DNA of 64,000 bases from Candidatus Hydrogenedentota bacterium (GCA_963674865.2 CAXXYE010000007.1:288001-352000); one strand, 5' to 3'; shown: positions 1-10,387, numbered from the stretch's first letter. The notes: a model not told the origin generated them from the sequence alone. Numbers and translations: made by a program.

Positions 1-1623
1 AGAAGGCTCCAGGGATGCGCGGAAAAAAACCTGCTCGTGGAAGCGCTGCATGATGAGGACGGGCACATGTGCGCTCGGGCGCTCCATCGCTTGGGCGAAT
101 TGGGCGAGGGCGGCTATGAGGACGTTGTCGCCGCGCTTGAGGACGAACGCTTTGGCGTGCGACATGCCGCGGTCGACGCGTTGTGGCGCATAGGCGACGT
201 ACGCGCTGTCGAGCCATTGGCGGGCCGATTGGCCGACGCGGATTACCGCGTCCGTAGGGAGGCGGCTCGGGCGCTGGGTGCGCTGAACGACAAGCGCGCA
301 ATCCCGCCGCTCATCGCCGCTCTCGACCCAGCCACAGTATTGCCGCCTAACGACCAGGGATTTCGCGATACCGTGGCCGAGGCGCTACGGGATCTTACAG
401 GCAGGAACTTCGGCCACCTATACAGTGCGTGGAGCACCTGGTGGCAAACGGCGCAGCCACGCCAAGAAGAGGCAGCGTCATCGAGCACACCCGCGCATGC
501 AGCCGCCCAGGGCCAGAGCGAATTGTCCGGACTCCCGCTCGGACACCTTGAGATAACGGAGGGGCAAGACGGCACAGTCAATGTCGAAGCCCGTTGCGTA
601 CCCACAGAGCAGCTCCTTGAGACGCTTGCTGAAAGACTGGGGAAGCCCATTGTCTTCGACAGGTCATGCCGTACGTATGTCAGCGTTTGGCGACCGGACG
701 ACTATCGCCCTGTCCATTTCTGGCTGGACTTCGTTGCGAGCACAGGCGGCAGATTGGTGTGCAACGAGAAGGACAACGCGGTTCACGTCACCTCGGTTGA
801 ATTGAAGTCCGTATATGACTGCACGCTTGGAGAAAGCGACATCCGTCAGAAGTACGCACTGTCGGAGTTTCAGCCGAAGGCCCCGCGCAACGGCATCACC
901 AAAGGACTGTTCATCTACCGCGGCCGCCTGATTCCTTCCCCTTACGAGGTGAAGGCAGACGTCAACCAGGATGGCATCACCGAGATTCTCGTGAACGATG
1001 TACCCGTGCGTCGAGTTCCACCGGTGCCTCCTGCCGATTTCGGGCCTATCCCTGAATTGCCGGCATCAGGCCAGTTTCAGGAATGGGAGCAACTCGCGCG
1101 CTATGTAATGTTCCGGCTCTATCCGAGTTTCGTAGCTGAGGCAGGCCCGGCGCGAGCCCGTCAGGCCGTAATTGCGTTTCTCAAGAGCCAAGACTTCCTT
1201 GACAGCATTGTCGACCCTGGCGGCGAAATCACGGCCTACATCACGTACAACGGTGAGAGACAGCTCCGGAAGGTCTTCCCGATAAACTATGATTACGAGA
1301 CCGGTCAGCTAACGCGTACAAGGCGGCAGCGCACCGCATCGCAAAAGGCTGAGACGTTGTTACAGTCTCTGGAGCAAAGCCTTCGCCATGGCAACGTGGT
1401 GGTGCGTGGCAAAACAGGCCTGGTCGAGTTTGGCGGCATCGAGATGCTCAGGACTTTCTCTAAGGCCATGTCTCTCGCCAAGGATCTGCCCCTTCTTCAA
1501 GCCGAGTGTGTACTCGCAGAGGTGGTGGAAGACCGCTGCGTTGCGCGTGAGCTGGCCGCCAATCTCGGGCCCGACTATGGCATGTTGTTGGCCGCCGTTC
1601 AGAGATTAGGGGCGGAGCGCTAG
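1..1623 (+). CDS. HEAT-repeat protein with uncharacterised C-terminal domains (5'-truncated by window edge)
   Basis: Frame is open from base 1. PBS-lyase-type HEAT repeats (VRHAAVDALWRIGD, VRREAARALGALND) followed by the ALRDLTGRNFG...W..WW tail typical of such proteins. Confidence 0.75.
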   Translation, partial: RRLQGCAEKNLLVEALHDEDGHMCARALHRLGELGEGGYEDVVAALEDERFGVRHAAVDALWRIGDVRAVEPLAGRLADADYRVRREAARALGALNDKRAIPPLIAALDPATVLPPNDQGFRDTVAEALRDLTGRNFGHLYSAWSTWWQTAQPRQEEAASSSTPAHAAAQGQSELSGLPLGHLEITEGQDGTVNVEARCVPTEQLLETLAERLGKPIVFDRSCRTYVSVWRPDDYRPVHFWLDFVASTGGRLVCNEKDNAVHVTSVELKSVYDCTLGESDIRQKYALSEFQPKAPRNGITKGLFIYRGRLIPSPYEVKADVNQDGITEILVNDVPVRRVPPVPPADFGPIPELPASGQFQEWEQLARYVMFRLYPSFVAEAGPARARQAVIAFLKSQDFLDSIVDPGGEITAYITYNGERQLRKVFPINYDYETGQLTRTRRQRTASQKAETLLQSLEQSLRHGNVVVRGKTGLVEFGGIEMLRTFSKAMSLAKDLPLLQAECVLAEVVEDRCVARELAANLGPDYGMLLAAVQRLGAER

Positions 1624-1753
1624 ACCGCCCTTTATGCTAGAATATGGTGGATGGGGGGATGCGCGGCAGGGGCCGCTTCCCTTGTCATGTAGACCTCCAG
1701 CCTGACGGCAGGGCGCAGGCTGTTGAGGCGTGATCTAACGGGGAGAAGAAGCG

Positions 1754-2473
1754 ATGCGGTTCATGTACAGACACCTCGCACCTGTCATCTCAAGTGTCCT
1801 GAGTCTCATTCCACTGGGATGCGGCGTTCATGGCCTGCCAAAAGAATATGGGTCACTCAACGAAGCCATGTTGCGTGAACCGCATAGCCCGCTCGATGAA
1901 CACGCAACAGCCGATGTAGTCGAGGAGTCGGGATTGCGAGAATTGATACGGAAAGAGGGCCTGCTCAAGGACTCGAACTACATTGTAGGCACGGTAGCTT
2001 TCGGCGCAAGCATGAAAAAGCGCCCGGAGTTCAATCTGGAGAAATACGATACGTTCCGAATGGCGCTATCCATTTACACGGCCTCAGGTGAAGCAATTCC
2101 AGACTTCTTCGAGGGATTGCCCGGCGCGAGCCTCGATAATCCGATAGTAGGGACAGGCCACCACATCAAGACGCTACACGACTGGTGCAAAACAAAGGTT
2201 TCGGCGCACAGCGCATTCCATGAGCACTTTCCGTGCGAGGACGGACGAGAGGGCCCGTTTCAGGACATCACGCTGACCTTCAAAGAATTCAACCATCACT
2301 GCTATTACCTCAAGGATGTGCCCGCCGGCACCGCGTACGTCTGGTTTCAGATACCTCTCGATGGGAACAGGGCAACACAGGCGCCTATCGTTGTCGATCT
2401 GGAACCTGTTGAAGGAGCGATCCGACGCCACGATCTCAAGATCTACTTGTATGACCTCTTCTACTCTATGTAA
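1754..2473 (+). CDS. Hypothetical lipoprotein
   Basis: 239-aa ORF, GGGAGAAG upstream, signal peptide with lipobox-like LIPLGC. Confidence 0.6.
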   Translation: MRFMYRHLAPVISSVLSLIPLGCGVHGLPKEYGSLNEAMLREPHSPLDEHATADVVEESGLRELIRKEGLLKDSNYIVGTVAFGASMKKRPEFNLEKYDTFRMALSIYTASGEAIPDFFEGLPGASLDNPIVGTGHHIKTLHDWCKTKVSAHSAFHEHFPCEDGREGPFQDITLTFKEFNHHCYYLKDVPAGTAYVWFQIPLDGNRATQAPIVVDLEPVEGAIRRHDLKIYLYDLFYSM

Positions 2474-2687
2474 GCGTGCCTTCACACCTTACTTAGCCTC
2501 AATAAGAGCGAAGAACGCCAAAGCCAATATCACAAGCTTTACCGTTGAGAAACGAACCGGACGCAAAGCAACCGCGAAGTTCGGAGACTACATCGGCAAT
2601 CTCGCCGCCAGCGGCAACACGATAGAACTCCGCAAGGCCCACGGCCGATGGGTGGTTGTCGCGTTCCGGATGGATTCTATCGCGTGA
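2474..2687 (+). pseudogene. Probable headless 3' fragment of a small secreted-protein gene
   Basis: Protein-like tail (YIGNLAASGNTIELRKAHGRWVVVAFRMDSIA) with no independent start or RBS; its last 48 bp recur at 6268-6315. Confidence 0.35.
2639..2686 (+). repeat. 48-bp direct repeat, copy 1
   Basis: ccacggccgatgggtggttgtcgcgttccggatgga (36 bp identical) + 3 mismatches + tatcgcgtg; matches 6268-6315. Confidence 0.9.
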
Positions 2688-3107
2688 GCTGCTGATCGTT
2701 CTCTCTCTTCTTCATGTGTAGATAGCGCTGCGCATGAGCCGCTGCGACAAGCCCTTTATGCGGAGATCATTGCATATGATCCCGTGCGCCGTCGCATGAC
2801 TGTGTTTTCATCCTGTTAGTTGTCCCAAGGATCTCAAAAGCACGCCGCGAAGGCTATGGGAGGTTGGAACTGCCCGCAGTGTCTTGCCGGGCCACGATGC
2901 ACCGAGCCCAAGCACGGCCATCGCGGCAACAGAGACATTACTCCTCAATAAGGAATGCCCCGCATGGAGTGATAAACAGCGCGACGAAGCCGCTGAGAAG
3001 CTGTCACGGTATGGGATGTTTCCTGCCCCCGGATTCGGCGTTTTCTCCGCCGGTGGTGATATTGGAGTAGAATCCTCAACCGTATCCCATGACAAGCGAG
3101 GCCATTC

Positions 3108-6100
3108 ATGTCGTCAAATGATCAAGCCATGCAGGCTCTTTGGATTGAGCGGCAAGACGCCAACGCGTTCACCGAACTCGTGCAGCGCCACGCCGGAATG
3201 GTGTACGCCACGTGCAGGCGTGTTCTCGGCAACGCCGGTGCCGCTGAAGATGTGGCGCAGGAATGCTTCATGGAACTGGCCCGGCAGCGCTCAGTTGTGG
3301 CGCCTTCGCTAGGAGGCTGGCTGCACAGAGTCGCAGTTCTACGCTCTCGCAACCGGATTAGGGGCGACAAGCGCCGCAGCGCGCGCGAGATGCGATATGC
3401 CCTGAAGCAAGGCGCTGCAGTGGAGCCGGTGTGGGACGACGTGAAGCCTCATCTGGATGAGGCCATAGCCGCCCTACCCGAACGACTGCGCACGCCCGTA
3501 GTGCAGCGATTTCTGGAGGGGCGAACACAGGAACAGGTGGCGCGGGACCTCGGCGTAGCTCGCTCGACAGCTCAACATCGCATCGAGCGTGGCGTAGAGG
3601 CAATCCGCCGGTTTCTGAGAAAGCGCGGGATAGTCGCGTCGTCCGCACTGCTCGCCTCCTTGCTGACCTCCAATGCGGTGGAAGCCGCGCCCAGCACGCT
3701 TGTTGCCTCACTCGGCGAGCGCGCTGTTGCGGGGCATGTTTCTGCCTCCGCGGGCGCGAGCGTTCCCACTATCTCCTTTCTGAGCAACGGGCTCGGGAAG
3801 GGCATTGTTGTGGCGGCGGCTGTGTCGCTGGGCCTCTGGGGAGCGTCAAGGGCTTTCTGGACAAAGCCGGAGGCGTCTCCTTCAGAAGGCGAAACGACGG
3901 CCGTTTCTACCGAGGAGCCGCCGCGGGAATCGTTTTCGACATCAAGCGTTGGACTGTCGGCAGACAGCAGCCCCGAACCGGCTTCGACACCTGTTCAGAA
4001 AACAAGACAAGGGGGGGCAGTGTCGGGCCGCGTATATGCCTCGCATAGCGGGGAAGGCGTGCCATATATCACGGTCGTTGCTCGCCCGAAAACTCGGAAC
4101 GATAGAGGGGACACCGAGTGGCCGCAAACGCGAACCAACAGCGAAGGCGACTATCAATTCGAGGAGCTGGCCGAAGGAGACTATGTAATCGACTGCTGTG
4201 ATCAAAACTTGATGTTCTCCCGGACATTGAGTGGGGGGCGATCGATGAGTCCCATCCCCGGTGGCGTGTCCGTCTCCGTTAGCGTTCGTGAAGGGGGCGA
4301 CTATGCGCGGAAAGACATCTGCTTTGACCTGGCGGATGCTGTCTCAGGCCATGTCTTGGGCCCGGATAGTCGGCCCGTGCCCCACGCGACGGTATGGATT
4401 CATGCTGATGAAGGCGCCCAGACCTACTGGAGCAAACAGGAGACCAATGCCGAGGGGGGCTTTCTCTTTGTTCAGTTGAGGACTGACGCGAGGGCCTGTC
4501 TTCAGGCGGCAAAGGGATCATTGGCTTCAAGGGTGATTGGCCCGCTCACGGTTCCTGATGGCGGCCTCACCGGCTTGCGACTCCATCTGGCGCCGGGGGC
4601 CTCAATCGCAGGAGTGGTCCTGGACCCTTCCGGAAAACCGGTTCCTGAGGCGAAAGGACTAATGCGGCACGACGTGGACAAGGAGGTGCGGCCCTGCTTC
4701 CTGCGAGCGGATGAGAAAGGGCGGTTCCATGTCGCTGGGCTGTCTCCAGGCAAGTATGATGTGCTGCTCGCCCCGATGCGCGTGCAAAAAACGGACGAGA
4801 GGACAGACAAGTGGCATTTCTTCGTGGGAAGCCTTTCACTTGTGTTCTCCGATCCGACTCCGGTGGCGACGCTGTCGCTGAGTCCGGGTGAACACAGGGA
4901 CAACCTCAAACTCCAGTTTCGCGCATCGGGAATCAAAGGACTTGTGACTGATACCGAAGGTAGGCCTGTTCCCGGCGCGAGTGTAACGCTCATGTACGGG
5001 GCCAAAACCATTACTGACGAGAATGGCCGGTACGAATTGGTGGGCGTGCGCGAGGGACTGCACAAGGTCTATGTCAGCCACAAGGACTATCTGTCCGAGC
5101 GTCTGGACGAAGTAAGCAGTGGCTCGTCAAACGCCGATTTCGCGCTCGTGCGGCGAGGGACTATCGAAGGGCGCGTCGTTGACGCCAGGAGCGGGAGACC
5201 CATCACGGAATTCGGCTTACACCAGTCCGCGGACACACCCTACACATCGTCCATGAACCGGTGGTTCAAAGACATGAACGCCCCTGACGGGCGGTTCACC
5301 CTGAAACCGGCTATTCCCGCGCGGCGCATCTTCATTCGCTCCGAGGGATATGCGGTGAACTCCGTCCTCGTATCGGATGTCGCAGGCAAGGACACTGTTG
5401 TGAGCGTGACTGTTCCGTTGAAGCCCACTGCCCCGGTTCGAGGTTCGGTGTGCGACGAAAAAGGCGCACCAGTTGCGGGGGCCTTTGTGTTTCAGGATAC
5501 AGTGCCTTATGAGGGACGTCATAGAGAAGAATCCGCGCTGGCTCGCAGTGATGATGAGGGCATCATCACGCTGTCGTTTCTCCCCGAGTACCCAGTCGAA
5601 CTCGTAGCCTGGCATCCCCGACTAGGTTACGGCTGGTGTAATGCGGTGGCGGGCGAGACGCTTAGGATTGTCCTCACCGGCTCCGGGGCCGTCGCCGGAC
5701 AGCTTACGGACAACGGCCAGCCGATACCCGGGATCCGGATAAGCTCAGTGAGCTTCCTTGAAACACCGGATATCCGCGCTTTCCGACAACCCACGTACCT
5801 TTCTTCGGCCGTTACTGACGACAACGGGCTATTTCGGATAGATGACTTGCCTCCGGGATATGCACAAGTCCACGCTGAAGTCGGCAAGCGCTCCATTCAC
5901 GCCGACATTGAAGTGGCGGCGGACATGACGACCGATATTGACTTGGCGTTTTCCCCCGGGGCCGCCAGTCTCGAAGGGCGCGTCTATCTCCTTCCAAGAA
6001 TGCCGGCTACAGAGGGTCGTGTAGGCCTGCAGGTGTGCACCGGCGCCGGAACGGAGGTATATTGGCGAGAGGAGATCGATCCCTCCGGTGCATACCGGTT

Positions 6101-6242
6101 TGAGAGCATTGCCGCCGGAGAGGCCTCTCTATCCGTGTACCTTACTCAGGGCGCGCCGCAGCATGTTGAGGGGCCGCTTCAGATCGAGCCGGGAGCTCAC
6201 GTCGTCCACGACATTCATTTGGAAGATGCTGAAGAGAAGTGA
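3108..6242 (+). CDS. ECF-type RNA polymerase sigma factor fused to a TM segment and repeated carboxypeptidase-regulatory-like beta-sandwich domains
   Basis: Region 2 (AFTELVQRHAGMVYATCRRVLG..AEDVAQECF, GGWLHRVA), region 4 (LPERLRTPVVQRFLEGRTQEQVARDLGV), hydrophobic segment, then repeated G.V.D..G.PV..A.V / TD..G.F units. Confidence 0.85.
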   Translation: MSSNDQAMQALWIERQDANAFTELVQRHAGMVYATCRRVLGNAGAAEDVAQECFMELARQRSVVAPSLGGWLHRVAVLRSRNRIRGDKRRSAREMRYALKQGAAVEPVWDDVKPHLDEAIAALPERLRTPVVQRFLEGRTQEQVARDLGVARSTAQHRIERGVEAIRRFLRKRGIVASSALLASLLTSNAVEAAPSTLVASLGERAVAGHVSASAGASVPTISFLSNGLGKGIVVAAAVSLGLWGASRAFWTKPEASPSEGETTAVSTEEPPRESFSTSSVGLSADSSPEPASTPVQKTRQGGAVSGRVYASHSGEGVPYITVVARPKTRNDRGDTEWPQTRTNSEGDYQFEELAEGDYVIDCCDQNLMFSRTLSGGRSMSPIPGGVSVSVSVREGGDYARKDICFDLADAVSGHVLGPDSRPVPHATVWIHADEGAQTYWSKQETNAEGGFLFVQLRTDARACLQAAKGSLASRVIGPLTVPDGGLTGLRLHLAPGASIAGVVLDPSGKPVPEAKGLMRHDVDKEVRPCFLRADEKGRFHVAGLSPGKYDVLLAPMRVQKTDERTDKWHFFVGSLSLVFSDPTPVATLSLSPGEHRDNLKLQFRASGIKGLVTDTEGRPVPGASVTLMYGAKTITDENGRYELVGVREGLHKVYVSHKDYLSERLDEVSSGSSNADFALVRRGTIEGRVVDARSGRPITEFGLHQSADTPYTSSMNRWFKDMNAPDGRFTLKPAIPARRIFIRSEGYAVNSVLVSDVAGKDTVVSVTVPLKPTAPVRGSVCDEKGAPVAGAFVFQDTVPYEGRHREESALARSDDEGIITLSFLPEYPVELVAWHPRLGYGWCNAVAGETLRIVLTGSGAVAGQLTDNGQPIPGIRISSVSFLETPDIRAFRQPTYLSSAVTDDNGLFRIDDLPPGYAQVHAEVGKRSIHADIEVAADMTTDIDLAFSPGAASLEGRVYLLPRMPATEGRVGLQVCTGAGTEVYWREEIDPSGAYRFESIAAGEASLSVYLTQGAPQHVEGPLQIEPGAHVVHDIHLEDAEEK

Positions 6243-6267
6243 GTCAGCGGCATCGTGGTATGAATGA

Positions 6268-6315
6268 CCACGGCCGATGGGTGGTTGTCGCGTTCCGGAT
6301 GGACGTTATCGCGTG
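6268..6315 (+). repeat. 48-bp direct repeat, copy 2
   Basis: 45 of 48 bases identical to 2639-2686. Confidence 0.9.
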
Positions 6316-6386
6316 GACGAGGCGGCCGGAGTGTTTCTTCGAGACATTCGCCGCAGTGGGGGCAGTTCCCGCCCGGGAGTTGAGCG

Positions 6387-7739
6387 ATGAAACGCGCATG
6401 TGCAACGACATTGGTACTGGCGGTTATCACGTGTCCGGCGCTGGGGGCGTGGGCGGCCGAGGCCGGCCAGCTGTCACCCCTCGTCGTGGGCAACACAAGC
6501 TTCGCTCTGGACCTCTACCGCGAGCTGAGCCAAACGGGCGGCAATCTCTTCTTCTCGCCATTCAGCCTGTCTACGGCCCTCGCCATGACCTACGCCGGCG
6601 CGGACGGCGACACCGCGAAGGAGATGACGGCGGTGCTGCACTTCCCACCGGGCAGGGACAAGCTGCACCGGGCATTTGGGCTCCTGATACGGCAGATGCT
6701 CGCGAGCGGCGCGGAAGGCTATCGCCTTCACATCGCCAACGCCCTCTGGGCCCAGGAGGCCTACCCGTTCCTGGATTTGTATATCAACACCGTCAAGAGC
6801 AACTACGGCGCCCGCCTCGAAAATATGGACTTTGTCGGGGCCGCGGACAAGGCGCGCCAAACCATCAACGCCTGGGTCGAGGAACAAACGGAGAACAAGA
6901 TCAAGGAACTCCTTAAGCCGGGAGTACTGGACTCGTCGACACGGCTCGTGCTCACCAACGCCGTCTACTTCAAAGGCGATTGGGCGAAGCAATTCGACAA
7001 GAAGCGTACCAGGACCGCCCCCTTCTACGTTGCGCCCGGGATGCCGCTCAACGTCCCCATGATGAACAAGGGCGGCGAATTCCCCTACTTCGAGAACGCG
7101 GATTTCCAGGCTGTCCAACTTCCCTACAAGGGCGAGCGGCTGTCCATGTACATCTTTCTTCCCCGCCAAGCCGGCGGGTTGTCCGCCTTCGAACGCTCCC
7201 TGACGCCGGACAACCTGGCCCTCTGGCTCAAGGCGCTACGGCCACGCGAAACCGTAGTCTTCCTGCCGCGCTTCAAGATCACATCCGAATTCAGCCTGGC
7301 CGACACCCTCGCCAAGATGGGCATGCCGGCGGCTTTCAGCTCGCGGCTGGGCGATTTCTCTAGGATGAGCGCGCGGAAGGACCTCTACATCGATGCCGTG
7401 GTCCATGAAGCCTACGTGGACGTCAACGAGGAAGGCACCGAGGCCGCTGCCGCCACCGGGGTTCTTGTTTCGCTTGGGGGCATCGGGGTGGAACCCACCG
7501 TGTTCCGCGCGGACCACCCCTTCCTCTTCCTGATCCGCGACGACCACACCGGCAGCATCCTCTTCATAGGCCGCGTCACAAGCCCGCGGGAGTCAGCCTC
7601 CCGGTGCCTTGACGTTTACTTCCCCGGCAGATGCCGCAAGGAATCCGCCGCGCCGCCCTCCCGGCTGTTGTCCTTGTGGCGCTGCCATCTTGGCGGCAGT
7701 ACCGAATTGAATATCGTGTCCCCGAGTTTCCGTGGCTGA
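6387..7739 (+). CDS. Secreted serpin (serine protease inhibitor family)
   Basis: Signal peptide; NLFFSPFSLSTALAMTYAGA, LVLTNAVYFKGDW, hinge EEGTEAAAAT, FRADHPFLFLIRD signature. Confidence 0.95.
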   Translation: MKRACATTLVLAVITCPALGAWAAEAGQLSPLVVGNTSFALDLYRELSQTGGNLFFSPFSLSTALAMTYAGADGDTAKEMTAVLHFPPGRDKLHRAFGLLIRQMLASGAEGYRLHIANALWAQEAYPFLDLYINTVKSNYGARLENMDFVGAADKARQTINAWVEEQTENKIKELLKPGVLDSSTRLVLTNAVYFKGDWAKQFDKKRTRTAPFYVAPGMPLNVPMMNKGGEFPYFENADFQAVQLPYKGERLSMYIFLPRQAGGLSAFERSLTPDNLALWLKALRPRETVVFLPRFKITSEFSLADTLAKMGMPAAFSSRLGDFSRMSARKDLYIDAVVHEAYVDVNEEGTEAAAATGVLVSLGGIGVEPTVFRADHPFLFLIRDDHTGSILFIGRVTSPRESASRCLDVYFPGRCRKESAAPPSRLLSLWRCHLGGSTELNIVSPSFRG

Positions 7740-7881
7740 AATACGAACAGCCTTGCGCGACATCGAAGAAGCTACGGAACGCCATCTGGCCGCCCAAGCG
7801 CGGGAGAAGGCGCGATGAACAAGGAGACTATCGAGGTCAACCGGGCGGCCGGCAGCCGCGTTTAAGCTATGACTCGATTTA

Positions 7882-7897
7882 CGGCACATCCCTCGCT
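7882..7897 (+). promoter_or_regulatory. Candidate sigma-54 -24/-12 promoter
   Basis: CGGCACATCCCTCGCT = GG-N10-GC, about 55 nt upstream of the ATG at 7952. Confidence 0.45.
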
Positions 7898-7951
7898 ATT
7901 CTAGATTACGGTGGGAAGGGGACCGCCGCCACCGCTGTGGGAGATGACGCT

Positions 7952-9382
7952 ATGTCGGTGAAACGTACGTTGGGATACTGGGCCGGGGCTGGCCTCACCA
8001 TCATCCTGGTCGGATTCACGGGCCTCACCGTCTTCACGCAGGTGGCCCGAGATGCGGCAACAGCGCACATCGAGAAACCTGATGCAGTGAGGCGCCTCGA
8101 GGGGCGAGTCCCTGTTCAGGCGCGAGCGGCCGTCGAAAAGCGCGCCCCGAGTAACACGGCAGCGGAAACTGAAATGGATCCGCCCGGCGCGGAACCTAAC
8201 GTGTCCTACGTTGAACTCGCGGAACGTATGCGCAGCGTGTGGGAGGGGCTTGAGCCTGAGCTCCGAATCTCCCTCATGAGCCTTGCTGATACCCACCTAA
8301 CACCCGAGCAGTGCCGGTCGCTGCTGGATATCATCGCCGCGAACCCGGGATTGATTGAACAGATCTGGCAGACGGCGCGACAGGCTGGTGCAGTGGCTTC
8401 ACTTGACCTCTCGCACGGCTTTTCCCTCACACGTGCAATGGAAGCCGCCCTCGTAAGCAGGCTAGCTCGATGCGCGCAGTTCTTGAATGCCCATGCCCGA
8501 GCCTCCGCCGAGGACGGTGACGCAGAAACGGCTGTCAAGGACATTCTTGCTGCCCTGCGGCTGGCGGGTGCCCTGACTGGAGAGCCGCTGCCGAACTCCC
8601 AGTTCGCGGCGCACCACGTCTACGCGCTCAGTCTTGATGCGTATAGAACCTGTCTCGAGGCAGGTGCTTTGGACCCCCGGGCCGCGCGTTCCGTGCTCGA
8701 TGAGCTGGCCGCGGCTCACCATCGGCAGGCCCTTCTGGATACGCTCGATACATGGCGCTACCTGGGCAACATGTTCTACGAGGACCTGGACCACATGACC
8801 ACTCACGACTTTCTGCGGCAGCATCTGGAAGGGGATGCTGACGAAATCGGCACGAATGCCGTGACTTGGCTCATAGGTTCTCCCCTTGGACAGCCGTGGG
8901 TCAATATGAATGCTGCCGCCACGGCCGAGACAGTCGACAGCCTGCGCCAACTCGCCGAAATGCCTTTCCACGAGAGCCTGACGGAAGCCGTGAGGCTCTT
9001 GGATGAACGTGTCATGAGCGCGCCCATGCTCGAGCGGCCCTCGGCATGCTTATTCGAGTTCCCGGCGATCCGTGCCCTAAGCGAGCAAGCCGTGCACGAG
9101 ACGCGTGTAGACCTGGCGCGGGTGGGAATCGCCCTTGACCTTTATCGCGCTGAGAACGGCCACTATCCCGCAACACTGGACCTTCTGGCCCCCCTCCTTG
9201 GTGGCTCCGTTCCCAACGACTCCCTGTCTGGCGAGCCGTTCCTGTATTCGACTGACGGAACCGCCTTTGATCTGGCCAGTATGGGATTTGACGACAGGCT
9301 GTCTGCGGCGGATTACCTTCGACAGCTCGATGATGACCTCACGTGGAACGGCGGAGGACAACGAAAGAAGAGCAACGTCTGA
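7952..9382 (+). CDS. Membrane-anchored helical protein with GspG/pseudopilin-like C-terminal motif
   Basis: ATG with GGGAGA upstream, N-terminal TM helix, C-terminal ALDLYRAENGHYPATLDLL...DSLSGEPFLY...FDLASMG. Confidence 0.6.
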   Translation: MSVKRTLGYWAGAGLTIILVGFTGLTVFTQVARDAATAHIEKPDAVRRLEGRVPVQARAAVEKRAPSNTAAETEMDPPGAEPNVSYVELAERMRSVWEGLEPELRISLMSLADTHLTPEQCRSLLDIIAANPGLIEQIWQTARQAGAVASLDLSHGFSLTRAMEAALVSRLARCAQFLNAHARASAEDGDAETAVKDILAALRLAGALTGEPLPNSQFAAHHVYALSLDAYRTCLEAGALDPRAARSVLDELAAAHHRQALLDTLDTWRYLGNMFYEDLDHMTTHDFLRQHLEGDADEIGTNAVTWLIGSPLGQPWVNMNAAATAETVDSLRQLAEMPFHESLTEAVRLLDERVMSAPMLERPSACLFEFPAIRALSEQAVHETRVDLARVGIALDLYRAENGHYPATLDLLAPLLGGSVPNDSLSGEPFLYSTDGTAFDLASMGFDDRLSAADYLRQLDDDLTWNGGGQRKKSNV

Positions 9383-9413
9383 CCGGCGTACGCCCCGCGT
9401 CGCCCTCACCCGC

Positions 9414-10094
9414 TCACTTCCCCAGCAGACGCCGCAGAGAATCTACCGCACCGCCCTGTCCGCCGATGTTCAGCTCCTGCAGCAGACGCTCGAGGACGCG
9501 CCCGATGGCCTGATCGGCGGGCAGGCCATCCCCGCCGATACTCATCTCCATGTTTTCCACCTTCTTCTGGTACGTGTGCCGCTCCAGCAGTTCCGTCGTC
9601 ATGTTGAACGTCGCGTCGCTGAGCAAACCCTTCTCCACGACCCACTTCTTCTTGGGGAGCTTCTCCATCAACTTGTTGCCTTTGAACCGGCCGGCGCTAT
9701 CCATGAGCTTCTTCAGATTCGACCCCTGCCAGGGGGTGGTCTCCGCATTCACCTCTGTGCCTGCCACTTTCATTACACGAATGACCGGCTTGGACGAAAA
9801 GAGCGATTTCGGATCGGCCTCCACCCGAACGGAGCCAAACTTGAGCGCGTCCTGATCCCCGAACCCCTTCGGGTTGCCAATGCGTAAGTCCTTTATTTCC
9901 AATACTTGGTCGTCTTGATTCAAATAGACGGCCCCCGCCTTTGCCGTGGTTTCGAGCACATACGAAAGGACCGCCTCGACGCCGCGTTTGGCGACCAGTT
10001 CCAACCGGGCCGTGTCGCCCGTCATCACGGCGCCGCCGCGCGGCGCGGCTGCGGCGGGAAGCGCTATCAGAAGTACCAAGAGAAGCCGTCGCAT
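9414..10094 (-). CDS. Secreted AsmA-like hypothetical protein
   Basis: AGGAGGT RBS before ATG 10094; signal peptide; LRIGNPKGF motif and SNLKKL typical of short AsmA-like proteins. Confidence 0.6.
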   Translation of the reverse strand: MRRLLLVLLIALPAAAAPRGGAVMTGDTARLELVAKRGVEAVLSYVLETTAKAGAVYLNQDDQVLEIKDLRIGNPKGFGDQDALKFGSVRVEADPKSLFSSKPVIRVMKVAGTEVNAETTPWQGSNLKKLMDSAGRFKGNKLMEKLPKKKWVVEKGLLSDATFNMTTELLERHTYQKKVENMEMSIGGDGLPADQAIGRVLERLLQELNIGGQGGAVDSLRRLLGK

Positions 10095-10240
10095 GGCAAA
10101 CCTCCTGTGAATAATGGCCTGCACCTGTCTGTACTTCTTATAACATAGACGCTCGAAAAGCAAAGTTATGCATGCTTGCCACGTTGGTCGGCGTCAAGAT
10201 ACTGCCGCCAAACGTCTTGTTGGCCGTGAGCGGCCTCGGT

Positions 10241-10270
10241 TTGACGCCATAGGCGCGAATCCTCTATACT
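10241..10270 (+). promoter_or_regulatory. Sigma-70 promoter of the rpmH operon
   Basis: TTGACG-N18-TATACT. Confidence 0.6.
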
Positions 10271-10387
10271 TCGCCCGAATGAGGGGAAGCTTGAGAGGGC
10301 TAATACCGGTTCTAGAGAGAGGCATATATCCCCCGAAAAAGGGCGTTGCCCTGGAGGCGGCGCACCGAAGCCCTAAAGGAGAATTGC

